DNA of 51,491 nt from Patescibacteria group bacterium (GTDB lineage: Bacteria; Patescibacteriota; Microgenomatia; Woykebacterales; RBG-16-39-9b), in assembly GCA_025449635.1 (NCBI GenBank), contig JANWIZ010000006.1, positions 1 to 51,491 of the forward strand, read 5' to 3'. This document shows positions 36,097-45,655 of this stretch, in pieces. The position numbers and the translations under genes were made by a program. The notes under the pieces were generated by a model. It saw only the letters and a program-made list of their open reading frames with translations, searched no databases and had not been told where the DNA came from. Position 1 is the first letter of the stretch, and every line of letters begins with the position of its first letter.

Positions 36097-37668
36097 TTAA
36101 TCACTAAATATTCTATAGACTTCAAAATTATTGATAGTTCTTACTTTCTCGATTAATGTTGAATTTATGATTGGCCAATTTTTCACAGAATAATAATCAT
36201 TTGTTCTGGAAATTAAGTACTTTATGTCATATTTATCTGCCTTCTCAACCAACACATGCTCCTCCATAAGTACATCATTTGCTAATTCGACATATTTGAC
36301 TTTTGCATTGAAACCGATATCCTTCGGGGCCAATATTGTTCCTAGATCATTCTTTTTCACGTAATCAATGAGCGAATTCATACTTTTTTCACCATAGTAA
36401 TATGTTACAGATTTTTGAGAATCAGAACGCAAATTCATAATTAACCCTTGTGAACTTATGATAGCTAGTAAACCGACTACTAAATAAAGTCTCTTTTGTC
36501 TCAAAAACAGCAAGGGAACTAAAATCAGTGCAATTAGCAACGGATTCAAATAACTCTCGGTAATTACACTCCAAAAACCTCTCACATAATACGCATCGAA
36601 TATAGGATCTGTTCTTACTAAAATCAAAGACCCTAACAAACCAATAAAAAAGAGGGATGAAAAATAAATATATATTTGTGGAAAAAATTTCTTATAATTA
36701 TTTAGAAATAGAGTTATTGAGAAAATAAAAAGAAACAAAACCACAGGTAAGTACTTAACAAACTCAAACGGGTAGGATCTAAAAATGAAAGTGTAAAGAA
36801 AAATCAAAATAGCCGAGGCCGATAAGGCAAATATCTGATACTTATTCTTTGTTATTGATAGCAAAGCTGCTAATACTAGCAGTGGGTTTATCCAAAGTAA
36901 ATTTCTCGGAATATTGTCAATCATTACACTTTTAAAATACCCAAGAGTTAACTCTGGTCGGTTTGTACTAGACTTTACATAGTTAAGATTATCTTGGAAA
37001 CTGCCACCGAAAAGTTTATTCAGTAGTATCCAAAAAATACTAAAAGCAAAGATACCAAGAAACACTTGTGTCAAGACAGATACCCGCTTTCTGTTAAGAA
37101 GCTCTTTGTAATTGGTAATCAGATATGAAATTACAATAACAGGCCCAAATGTGAGCTTGGACAGAAAAGAGATTGCGATTCCCAACCAGAAGTTCTTCGT
37201 TTCTAGTAGTAGTAAACAAACTAAAGCTATTAACGGAAATAGTTGGGTATCTATATCTGGAAGTAAACTTGAGAAAGTAAAATAAGGAATTAATGCAATA
37301 GCAAAAGCAACTAGGTTTGGTCTTCCAAATTTTCTCTTAAACCAAAAATAAAAAATAATTAGCGTAAGTAGATAAATCAGCACACCAAATAATCTTGCCG
37401 TAGAAGCTAAAAAAGGAACGGCAAGAAAAAATAATCCCAACATACTTATATATAATGGTGGGTGCCATAAACCCAAGTTTTCTGGATTTGCTTCCCCCCG
37501 ATAATATATCGCAGACAAATTTTCAGATATCGATTTACCGACAAGTGGGTATTCTATTTCGTCCATAATCAAAGGAAATCTAATATGTCTAAAGGCTAAA
37601 TAAGCGCTAAAAGCTAAAAGGAGAAGAAATATAATATCCTGTACACTGAGTTTAAGAAGTTTTTTCAT
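36097..37668 (-). CDS. GT-C fold multi-TM glycosyltransferase (ArnT/PMT-like)
   Basis: TM1 then MDE, WHPPLY, DID, K after TM; many TMs and a C-terminal soluble domain. Confidence 0.75.
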   Translation of the reverse strand: MKKLLKLSVQDIIFLLLLAFSAYLAFRHIRFPLIMDEIEYPLVGKSISENLSAIYYRGEANPENLGLWHPPLYISMLGLFFLAVPFLASTARLFGVLIYLLTLIIFYFWFKRKFGRPNLVAFAIALIPYFTFSSLLPDIDTQLFPLIALVCLLLLETKNFWLGIAISFLSKLTFGPVIVISYLITNYKELLNRKRVSVLTQVFLGIFAFSIFWILLNKLFGGSFQDNLNYVKSSTNRPELTLGYFKSVMIDNIPRNLLWINPLLVLAALLSITKNKYQIFALSASAILIFLYTFIFRSYPFEFVKYLPVVLFLFIFSITLFLNNYKKFFPQIYIYFSSLFFIGLLGSLILVRTDPIFDAYYVRGFWSVITESYLNPLLIALILVPLLFLRQKRLYLVVGLLAIISSQGLIMNLRSDSQKSVTYYYGEKSMNSLIDYVKKNDLGTILAPKDIGFNAKVKYVELANDVLMEEHVLVEKADKYDIKYLISRTNDYYSVKNWPIINSTLIEKVRTINNFEVYRIFSD

Positions 37669-38365
37669 TGAAGAAATAATTTAATGCCATAAAAATCATC
37701 GTCATACCTAAGACAAAAGTTTTCTTGAAATCTCCCGTTACCGAAGAAATACCAATTCTTTTTTGATAAGTAATTGGTATTTCAATGTGCTCAATCTTCT
37801 TAACAAAGACCCACAGCATCATTTCAAGCCCAAAGTGAGATGTGCCAACACGAAATTTCGGCTGAATTTTCTTTAACGCCTCTCTTTTAATCATCCTGAA
37901 CGTGCAACCTACATCACTAATAGATCTAGTATTAAAAAGAAATTCAATCATTTTAGCGACAAACCAATTTCCCCATTTTAGAAACAAGCCCATGTTTGCA
38001 CCTTCACCTAGCAAAGCTCTGGTTGTACGAGAACCAATAACAAAATCAACATCATCTGAGTAAGCTAAGAATTTATGTATATCACTTGGAAGAAAAGTAC
38101 CATCAGGTTCGCAAACAAAAATAAGATCACCTTCTGCACTTTTTAACCCTGCTCTGATCGAATAGCCATAACCTTGTTTCCTCTCAAATATTTGTTTGGC
38201 TCGAGTTTTCTCAACCTCCTCTTTTGTTCCCTGAGCAGCATTATTATTGACTACCACCACCTCATCTACAACTTTTGTTGAAAAGAAGGCATTAATACAC
38301 TCTCTGATCGAGTCTTTTTCGTTATATGTAGGAAGAATTACTGATACTTTTTGCTGCCTATACAT
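37652..38365 (-). CDS. GT2 polyprenyl-phosphate glycosyltransferase (DPM-synthase-like)
   Basis: LPTYNE, QGYG..I..G, EPDG, VIGSR, SDVGCTFR, EIPI.Y..R.G.S; probable ATG 38365. Confidence 0.85.
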   Translation of the reverse strand: MYRQQKVSVILPTYNEKDSIRECINAFFSTKVVDEVVVVNNNAAQGTKEEVEKTRAKQIFERKQGYGYSIRAGLKSAEGDLIFVCEPDGTFLPSDIHKFLAYSDDVDFVIGSRTTRALLGEGANMGLFLKWGNWFVAKMIEFLFNTRSISDVGCTFRMIKREALKKIQPKFRVGTSHFGLEMMLWVFVKKIEHIEIPITYQKRIGISSVTGDFKKTFVLGMTMIFMALNYFFNEKTS

Positions 38366-39053
38366 TTTTTTGCACAACAATTACATTGTGGGCAGCGAAA
38401 TTTTTTATTAAAGGAGCTCGTTCAAGCACAGATTCGACATGCTTCCAAATTGATAGAATTTTGTTTGGAAAAAAGTCGGCAGTAAATGTTAGTCTGAAAA
38501 GTTTTATTTCCGTTTTTTCTGGAAAAGCGGACATAATTTCTCGAGCAGAAACCAATCTCTCGTTCCCAATATCTTGAGGTGCCTTTTTCATAAGAACTTT
38601 CCAATAAGGGTTTAACGGGTTATGATCCCACGCAACTATCACCCCTCCTGGCTTAGTAATGCGATACATCTCTTTTAAAGTATTTTTTACATTAGTTTTT
38701 GTTATCAAGTGATGCAATACCGCTACCGTATAGACAAAGTCGAAGTAGTTATCCCTATAAGGTAATTTTGTAATAGATCCTACCCTAAATTTTCCATTAG
38801 GAACTTTTTCTTTTGCAATTGCTATCATTCCTTCAGAGATATCGATTCCGTTTTTATCAAGACCTGATGGTAAACTTTGAAGGATCTCGCCTGTACCACA
38901 TCCGACATCTAATACTTTCCCATCCAAACCCTTGTCGAGGAATAATTTGATCCTTTTCGCCTTTAAATACGCTACAATGTGTTTGGGGATTGTCTCATCA
39001 TATTGATGAGAAATTAAATTGTAATGTTTTTTTTGTTCCTGTTCAATCTTCAT
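38358..39053 (-). CDS. Class I SAM-dependent methyltransferase
   Basis: VLDVGCGTG, GIDISEGM, LPY..FD, VLHHL, KPGG, HNPLNP. Confidence 0.9.
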   Translation of the reverse strand: MKIEQEQKKHYNLISHQYDETIPKHIVAYLKAKRIKLFLDKGLDGKVLDVGCGTGEILQSLPSGLDKNGIDISEGMIAIAKEKVPNGKFRVGSITKLPYRDNYFDFVYTVAVLHHLITKTNVKNTLKEMYRITKPGGVIVAWDHNPLNPYWKVLMKKAPQDIGNERLVSAREIMSAFPEKTEIKLFRLTFTADFFPNKILSIWKHVESVLERAPLIKNFAAHNVIVVQKNV

Positions 39054-41163
39054 TTAGTAATTTGGCGAACTCAATGGCAGTATTTTTTATATCTGCTTTT
39101 TTTACTGCTATCTCTCTTAGCAACTTATTTTCAGGTTTTCGCTCAAGAATTTCCAAAATCTTATAATAAAACGCTTCTGCATTTCGTTCAAAAACAATAA
39201 ACTCCTTTGGTAGAAGACTTGAAACTCCCCCCACATTAGGGGCAATAGCTGGTACATTTTGTGCTAATGCTTCCATTAATGTCAAAGGGACTCCTTCAAT
39301 CTTTGAGGTGTTGACTAGTATATCAGTTGCATTCAATATCGGAGATACATTTTCTCTAAAAGGTAGTAGTAAAACGTTAGTTAGCTTAGCATTTTTAATT
39401 TTTCGCTTTAAGATATTGTGCAAAGGCCCTTCTCCAACTAAGACAAACTTGATCTCATGATTTTTGGAAAATAGTTTTGCGATACTAAGGAAAAGCAAAG
39501 GATCTTTTTCGTCTGAGAATCTTCCAAGAAATGTGATTATCTTAGATTCTGGTGTAAAACCAAGGTTAATTTTTGAATTTAAGATATCAATTTCCTTTGG
39601 AGGCTTAAATTCTTCTAGGTTAATACCGTCATTGATTATTTTTACCTGTTCCTCAAGAACTCCATTAGAAACAATCTCCTTCGATACAATGTCGCTTGGA
39701 ACAACTGTCTGATTTATAACATGGTCAAAGAGCTTTGAAAGATCACTGTGACCATGAATCGAACCATTTTTAATAATATCTAAGACTTTTGTTTTCGGAT
39801 TCACCTCTTTAAACATAGCGGCGAAGGAGTAAGACCATCTGGATTGACTAATAACAATTTTACTGATTTTATTTTTTGTTAGGTAATTCATACAGAATAA
39901 TTCCCAGTAAGCTGGGTCTAAAAAGTTGTGAAGATCGAATACTTCTTTTGTAATTTCTGAATATTTTGATATCCAGTCACTTTTTTCCAGTAATGTAGTA
40001 AAGATAACAAACTCAAAATCTTTCTTCTTTAACTCTCTTAGAATATCCAACAATACTTTATCCGCCCCGCCTCGTACTACCCAAGGTACAAAAACTGCAA
40101 TTTTTTTCGGGTAAATATCTTTACTGATAGCATCAAGATTAAATTGGCTTGGTTGAGGCCATTGCTTTGGAACTTTTCTCAACTTTAGCCTTCCGTGAGA
40201 TCTATATAATTCTTTATGTAGCTCTCTTATTTGTGTCATTGTTTCCGAATGCCTCTTAATATCCTCAGAGGTTTTTGACTCGTTGTGGATTCTGTACAAA
40301 AAAAGAGGCTCCTCGATTACTTTTCCACCCCACCCTACTTCTCCAAGTGAAATCCAGAGTTCCCAATCCTCATAGGAAATATTTGATTTGTACCCGCCAA
40401 CTTCCATCCAAGCAGATTTTCTCATTACAGCCGAAACAGAAGTTGTGTTTATCCCAAGAGCTGATCCAATATCAAAATCTATAGTTTTCCAAACTTCGTC
40501 ACTACCGTCGAAAAGTTTAGCCCAAGAAAAAGCAAATCCAATATTTAGATTTGTTTCCAAGAGCCAAAGGCATTTTTCTAAATAAGTCGGTTCAAAATAA
40601 TCATCTGGATCTATACAACAAACATATTTTCCCCTTGCCTCATTAATACCGATATTCCTTGCTACTGAAACTCCATTATTCTCCTGATATATAACCAAAA
40701 CCCCTTGTTTTTCAATTTTTTTCAATACTTTTTTTGTCTCTGGATTAGTTGAACCATCGTCAACGACAATGATTTCCAATCGATTCAATGTTTGTCTCTT
40801 CAAGCTTTCTATACAATTTTCTAAAAAATGCCCATAATTAAAACAAGGTATTACAACCGAAACTAAAGGTAATTTCTTTTCCCAAGTTTCTATTTCGGCA
40901 TTTCTATATACTAAATTTTGTCTGTTAATCCTATAAATTGGAATGTAATTTAAAGGATTCAAGATAAAATTCTTTATTGACCTGTAAACCAACCAAAGTT
41001 TCCAGGTTTTAGAGTTATGAATACTCGAAATCTCTGCTTTAAGATTGTTTAACTGCATCTCTTTTTGAACCAGCGAGTTACGATTTTGCACTAAAAGTTT
41101 TACTAGCTTTTCTTTCGATTCTTTTTCTAATTTTCCTTTTGGATCAATATTCTCTGCTTTCAT
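39043..41163 (-). CDS. Two-domain glycosyltransferase (coiled coil, GT2, GT4)
   Basis: N-terminal coiled coil ending HNSKTWKL; VIPCFN, VDDGS, DPDD, EDW; GGADKV, EGVPLTLMEAL. Confidence 0.88.
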   Translation of the reverse strand: MKAENIDPKGKLEKESKEKLVKLLVQNRNSLVQKEMQLNNLKAEISSIHNSKTWKLWLVYRSIKNFILNPLNYIPIYRINRQNLVYRNAEIETWEKKLPLVSVVIPCFNYGHFLENCIESLKRQTLNRLEIIVVDDGSTNPETKKVLKKIEKQGVLVIYQENNGVSVARNIGINEARGKYVCCIDPDDYFEPTYLEKCLWLLETNLNIGFAFSWAKLFDGSDEVWKTIDFDIGSALGINTTSVSAVMRKSAWMEVGGYKSNISYEDWELWISLGEVGWGGKVIEEPLFLYRIHNESKTSEDIKRHSETMTQIRELHKELYRSHGRLKLRKVPKQWPQPSQFNLDAISKDIYPKKIAVFVPWVVRGGADKVLLDILRELKKKDFEFVIFTTLLEKSDWISKYSEITKEVFDLHNFLDPAYWELFCMNYLTKNKISKIVISQSRWSYSFAAMFKEVNPKTKVLDIIKNGSIHGHSDLSKLFDHVINQTVVPSDIVSKEIVSNGVLEEQVKIINDGINLEEFKPPKEIDILNSKINLGFTPESKIITFLGRFSDEKDPLLFLSIAKLFSKNHEIKFVLVGEGPLHNILKRKIKNAKLTNVLLLPFRENVSPILNATDILVNTSKIEGVPLTLMEALAQNVPAIAPNVGGVSSLLPKEFIVFERNAEAFYYKILEILERKPENKLLREIAVKKADIKNTAIEFAKLLNED

Positions 41164-41909
41164 TTGTTCTTTTCTCTTTCGGTCAAATACTCTTCATACT
41201 TGTAAAACCCAAGTTTTGGATCACCCTCAAATTTAATTGACCCATCTATCAACAAAACAACTCGCTGAGCGTTTTCTTCGATTAATGACCTGCTATGGCT
41301 GATAAGAACAATTGTGGTACCCTTATTTTTTATCTCAGAAATTTTATCTAAACACTTTTTTTGAAAAGAAGAATCTCCAACTGCCAAAATTTCATCAACA
41401 AGTAAAATATCTGGTTTGGTATGAACTGCAACTGCAAACCCTAATCTAAGGTACATACCAGAGGAATAGTGTTTCACTGGCTCATCAATAAAGCTGCCAA
41501 TTTCAGAAAAGGCAACTATGGAATCAAAATTATCGCGAATTTCTTTTTTGCTCATACCAAATATCAACCCATTCAAAAAAACATTCTCTCTACCAGATAA
41601 ATCAGGATGGAAACCTGCACCCAACTCAATCAGTGAAGAAACATTTCCTTGTATATTAATTTTTCCGCTTGTAGGTGCAGTGACTCCAGCTAGAAGCTTC
41701 ATGATTGTAGATTTTCCAGATCCGTTTGGCCCTATTATTCCAAAACTCTCACCCTTAGAAACTTCAAACGAAATATCCTTTAATGCCCAGAAGGTTGTCG
41801 CCCAGGATTTGCCAAAAAGGAAAGCCGGAACAAACTCTTTAAATGTGTTTTCATGCTGTAAACTAAATTTTTTCGATACTTTTTCAACAGTGATTACTTT
41901 GGTACTCAT
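41160..41909 (-). CDS. wzt: Glycan export ABC transporter ATPase, no C-terminal carbohydrate-binding domain
   Basis: FWALKDISF, GPNGSGKST, ELGAGF, YSSGM, DEILAVGD, SH. Confidence 0.93.
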   Translation of the reverse strand: MSTKVITVEKVSKKFSLQHENTFKEFVPAFLFGKSWATTFWALKDISFEVSKGESFGIIGPNGSGKSTIMKLLAGVTAPTSGKINIQGNVSSLIELGAGFHPDLSGRENVFLNGLIFGMSKKEIRDNFDSIVAFSEIGSFIDEPVKHYSSGMYLRLGFAVAVHTKPDILLVDEILAVGDSSFQKKCLDKISEIKNKGTTIVLISHSRSLIEENAQRVVLLIDGSIKFEGDPKLGFYKYEEYLTEREKNK

Positions 41910-42697
41910 CAGACTATGTCCGCAAAAGAATTCTCCAGTTTTTTAAATAATGCGTAAGAGACAATCAAAGTTACCAAAGCAATTATCCCAGCGATTCCAA
42001 GGAGAGTCGTATCTGGTGCCTTTGATTCGAGGAGAATATTTCGGTAGGAATCAATAACGGCAGCCATTGGATTTAAAACTAATAAAATTTGAAATTTCTT
42101 TGGGAATATTTCTGCCGGATAGATCACTGGGGTTAAATACATCCACAAAAGCAATACAACCCCGAGTAAATTGGCTATGTCCCGATAAAATAGGTTAAAC
42201 GCCGATAGTATCAAAGACAGCCCGGTGGTAAAAATAAACTGAATGAGAAAAATAACTGGAAGCCAGACAATAAAAACTGAAGGCTCTACTTTATAAAAAA
42301 CCATTAACCCAACAAAAACTAAAGAGGAAAAAACTAAATCAAATGCCTTAGAAAATACTGCCGCTAGAACTAAAATTTCTCTAGGAAAATAAATTTTAGT
42401 TATCAAGGTAGAATTTGAAACTAGTTGTGAAGTAGAGCTAAGTAACGACCCAGAAAAAAAAGTCCAAGCCAATAGTCCTACATAAACAAATATTGGATAA
42501 GGTATTCCTCCGGTTTGAACATTTATGACTCTTGAGAAAACAAAGGTCAGTACAACCATCGTAAACAAAGGTACCAAGATGATCCATAAGTAACCCAAAA
42601 CGGACTGTTTATACCTCTGCTTTATATCTCTTTGGGTAAGTGCGATAACCAGCTCACGCTTTTTCCAAATCAAAGAAATGTTTTTAACAATGTTCAT
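41909..42697 (-). CDS. wzm: Glycan export ABC transporter permease
   Basis: RYKQSVLGYLW..P, KIYFPRE, YRD, YLTPVIYP, NPM; probable ATG 42697. Confidence 0.93.
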   Translation of the reverse strand: MNIVKNISLIWKKRELVIALTQRDIKQRYKQSVLGYLWIILVPLFTMVVLTFVFSRVINVQTGGIPYPIFVYVGLLAWTFFSGSLLSSTSQLVSNSTLITKIYFPREILVLAAVFSKAFDLVFSSLVFVGLMVFYKVEPSVFIVWLPVIFLIQFIFTTGLSLILSAFNLFYRDIANLLGVVLLLWMYLTPVIYPAEIFPKKFQILLVLNPMAAVIDSYRNILLESKAPDTTLLGIAGIIALVTLIVSYALFKKLENSFADIV

Positions 42698-42745
42698 AAA
42701 CAAACTTGGCAAATTATACAATAATTACTAATTGTCCTCTAAAAA

Positions 42746-43291
42746 TTACTCTTTTTCAGCTATAACTGTATAGTGAATTGGCATCAGATCTCGTTCCTTC
42801 GTTTCAATCTGGTCGAGAACAATAATCTTGAAGTTTCTTAACAAATATCTTAATCCATGTTCAGTGAATCTCCAACAGTCTGGTAAAGGACCGTGTATTC
42901 GAAAATTGAATGGTGTAGAAATAAAAACCTTCCCTCCTGGCTTCAGTATTCGATATATCTCCTCCACAGCGGCAAGGGGATTTAAAGTATGCTCCAAAAC
43001 CTCAGTGCATAGAACAAAATCAAAATAAGAATCGGTAATTAATTTATTATTCTTGTCGCAGATATCAGCTATAATATCTGCCTTTGAATTAGGATCAATA
43101 TCTAAAGTTTTTATTTTTGACTTAGAAAAAAATTCTTTAGCCCCTTCATAATCTTGTGGAGCTATGTCTAACAAAACCTTTCCTTTTGTATCATACTTTT
43201 TGGAACAAGATGAGATAAAATTAGTAACATCTTTTCTGATTATTTCTAGAAAATTCTTGTCTAACTCACTTATAATTATTTCTTTTTTCAT
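42746..43291 (-). CDS. Small class I SAM methyltransferase-like protein
   Basis: LLDIAP, TLDID, ADI, CTEVLEH, RILKPGG..STPF..H..P.D.WRFT. Confidence 0.85.
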   Translation of the reverse strand: MKKEIIISELDKNFLEIIRKDVTNFISSCSKKYDTKGKVLLDIAPQDYEGAKEFFSKSKIKTLDIDPNSKADIIADICDKNNKLITDSYFDFVLCTEVLEHTLNPLAAVEEIYRILKPGGKVFISTPFNFRIHGPLPDCWRFTEHGLRYLLRNFKIIVLDQIETKERDLMPIHYTVIAEKE

Positions 43292-43293
43292 AA

Positions 43294-44571
43294 TTAAAGA
43301 CTCTCAAATAACGACTCGACTGCACTTGCATCAAAAACAGTAATACCTGTATTTTTATGCACTTCCTTACGTTCAGCAAATGAATCATCAATAAAAATTG
43401 CATCTTTCTCTTTTATAAAATTGGATTTCGCTGTTTTTTGGTCAATTAAAATTATTTCTGAAAAAATATTTGCTATTTTATAAATTTCTAAGGTCCGAGT
43501 TAAGTCCTTTTTATGTCGCGTTAATAATTTAACTTTGATTTTATTCCTTAGGCATTTAAATAAAAAGGATACTAAACGGATATTTAGTTGCTTATTCAAA
43601 ACAAGGCAATCATCCAGATCAACATAAACTGTATTATATCTCAGATTTGATTTGAATCTATTTACTAATGCCCTATCCATCTCTAGAGATAAATCGTTTT
43701 TAATGATTTCAACATTTTGATCAAGTGCATCCCAAATGCTCAACAGAGGAAGGTTGACTCCAATATTTCTCTGTATAGCCATAGATCCTGCAACTCTTGG
43801 GGCGATTTCTAACAAAACTAATTCTCCGTACTTATTTCTTTTAACCTGAAAAAACCAAACACCCCTTAATTCTAAATGGTTATTTATTTTCTCTGCCAAA
43901 TCTCTAAAATCAGCGTTATTAGTAATAGGTTTTGTGTTAACACTGATACCATTTTGGATTCTAATCCTTTCCCTAGGTCCGACAAATAATAATTTCCCAG
44001 TCCTATCAGTAAAACAATCAACTGTATATTCTTTACCAGGTAGGTACTCAAGAATTAATAATGATTGATCTTTCTTCTGAAAAAACAAAATTTCTTCCTT
44101 GGTTTTTGCTAAAACCGTACCTTTTGAACCCTGACTCTTATCAGGCTTTAGAAAAACAGGAAAATCAATTACATTACTAGAGCTCTCAAAAACCTCTGGT
44201 ACTTTAATAAAAGGTTTAAAGCTCTTATAAGTTTCAGATTTGGAGCGGCATATAAGTGCTGTTTCAAAATCTGACCCAATTACAGTACAACCTAAAATTT
44301 TTGAATTCTCAGCTAAAATCACGACAGCATCATCATGAGCCGGAAAAATTAGATCAATTTTATACTTGGCAACAAGCTCTTTTAAATCTCTGATAAAATA
44401 GTTATCGTTTACAAACGGCAGATTTCCAATGTAATTTTGATAAACAAAACTACCATGATCCTCGACACTACTTGCACCGAAAAGCTTAAAGTGTGCTGAG
44501 CTTTCTAAGGAACGATAGATCTCTAAACCAATTTCCGAACCACATGGAAAAACCAGTACATTCTTTCTCAT
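43294..44571 (-). CDS. ATP-grasp ligase fused to a C-terminal HAD-like domain
   Basis: KPDKSQGS.G, EYLPGKEYTVD, LEIAPRVAG; C-terminal VYVDLDDCL, LT, K, FIDDS. Confidence 0.82.
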   Translation of the reverse strand: MRKNVLVFPCGSEIGLEIYRSLESSAHFKLFGASSVEDHGSFVYQNYIGNLPFVNDNYFIRDLKELVAKYKIDLIFPAHDDAVVILAENSKILGCTVIGSDFETALICRSKSETYKSFKPFIKVPEVFESSSNVIDFPVFLKPDKSQGSKGTVLAKTKEEILFFQKKDQSLLILEYLPGKEYTVDCFTDRTGKLLFVGPRERIRIQNGISVNTKPITNNADFRDLAEKINNHLELRGVWFFQVKRNKYGELVLLEIAPRVAGSMAIQRNIGVNLPLLSIWDALDQNVEIIKNDLSLEMDRALVNRFKSNLRYNTVYVDLDDCLVLNKQLNIRLVSFLFKCLRNKIKVKLLTRHKKDLTRTLEIYKIANIFSEIILIDQKTAKSNFIKEKDAIFIDDSFAERKEVHKNTGITVFDASAVESLFESL

Positions 44572-44572
44572 A

Positions 44573-45655
44573 CTATTTATTTCCTAAAGTTTCATTAATT
44601 ATCCTACATATTTGCGATACACTACTTGGTTTCAAATCTGGGTACAAAGGCAAGCAAAGTACCTTAGACGCAGTCTCTTCAGAGTTTGGCATTTTTTGTT
44701 TTTTTACATAATTAAGTTTGTTAAGAGATGGGAAAAAATATCTTCTTGGATAAATATCATTTTTGTTAAGTTCTTCCTTCACTTTCCTCATCATAGCTTC
44801 ATTTTCAAAAATAATTGGAAAATAGGAATAATTGTAGGCTATTTTTCTTGGCAATTCTGGTCTTTTTATTCCGTTAAATTTTAACTTGCTTTCGTAAATT
44901 TCTGTTAGTCTTTTTCTTTTTTCGATAAGAAAGCGGACTTTCGGTAATAAGGACAAACCCATTGCAGCGTGAAGCTCCGAGTTTTTTCCATTAATACCTA
45001 AGCCCCAAAATTCCTCTTGACCTTTATGGCCAAAGTTTCTCATATATTCAATTTTGTGTGCTAGTTCATTGCTATTAGTAACGATTGCACCGCCCTCTCC
45101 AGAATGAAAGATTTTAGTTGCATGAAAACTTAATATTGATATATCTCCCATATTTAAAATCGATTTTCCATTTAATTTCACTCCAAAAGCATGTGCCGCG
45201 TCATACAAAAGCTTTATATTGTGTTTCTTTGCTATTTTTTGAAGCTTTTCATTTTCACAAGGTATTCCATATACATGCGTTACAAGTATTCCAGTCGTCT
45301 TCTTTGTGATTGCTTTTTCTACTTTTTCTGGATCTATACATAAAGTTTTAGGGTCAATATCTACAAATACTGGTTTACAACCTTCCCACACCAAGCTTGA
45401 AGTGGTTGCAACATATGAGAAAGGTGTCGTGATAACTTCGTTTTTCAAATCTAGAGCTCTAATCGCAATTTGTAAGGCAATTGTTCCATTTGAAACGAAA
45501 AATAAATGTTTTACACCAAGGTAACGCTTAAGTTTATTCTCCAATTCAGAAACTAACGACCCATGGTTTGTAACCTGACCAGTTTCCCAGATTTTTTGTA
45601 AATATTTAGTATATAATCTAAGTGAAGGTAAATATGATTTTGTGACATTTATCAT
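44573..45655 (-). CDS. DegT/DnrJ/EryC1/StrS PLP sugar aminotransferase (VioA-like)
   Basis: NGTIAL, TTPFSYVAT, DAAHAFG, SFHATK, RRYFFP, LPLYP. Confidence 0.92.
   Translation of the reverse strand: MINVTKSYLPSLRLYTKYLQKIWETGQVTNHGSLVSELENKLKRYLGVKHLFFVSNGTIALQIAIRALDLKNEVITTPFSYVATTSSLVWEGCKPVFVDIDPKTLCIDPEKVEKAITKKTTGILVTHVYGIPCENEKLQKIAKKHNIKLLYDAAHAFGVKLNGKSILNMGDISILSFHATKIFHSGEGGAIVTNSNELAHKIEYMRNFGHKGQEEFWGLGINGKNSELHAAMGLSLLPKVRFLIEKRKRLTEIYESKLKFNGIKRPELPRKIAYNYSYFPIIFENEAMMRKVKEELNKNDIYPRRYFFPSLNKLNYVKKQKMPNSEETASKVLCLPLYPDLKPSSVSQICRIINETLGNK

Noticed and set aside
32922..37499. G6/C6 tracts in glycosyltransferase genes as phase-variation sites
   Set aside because: Too short, and the reading frames are intact
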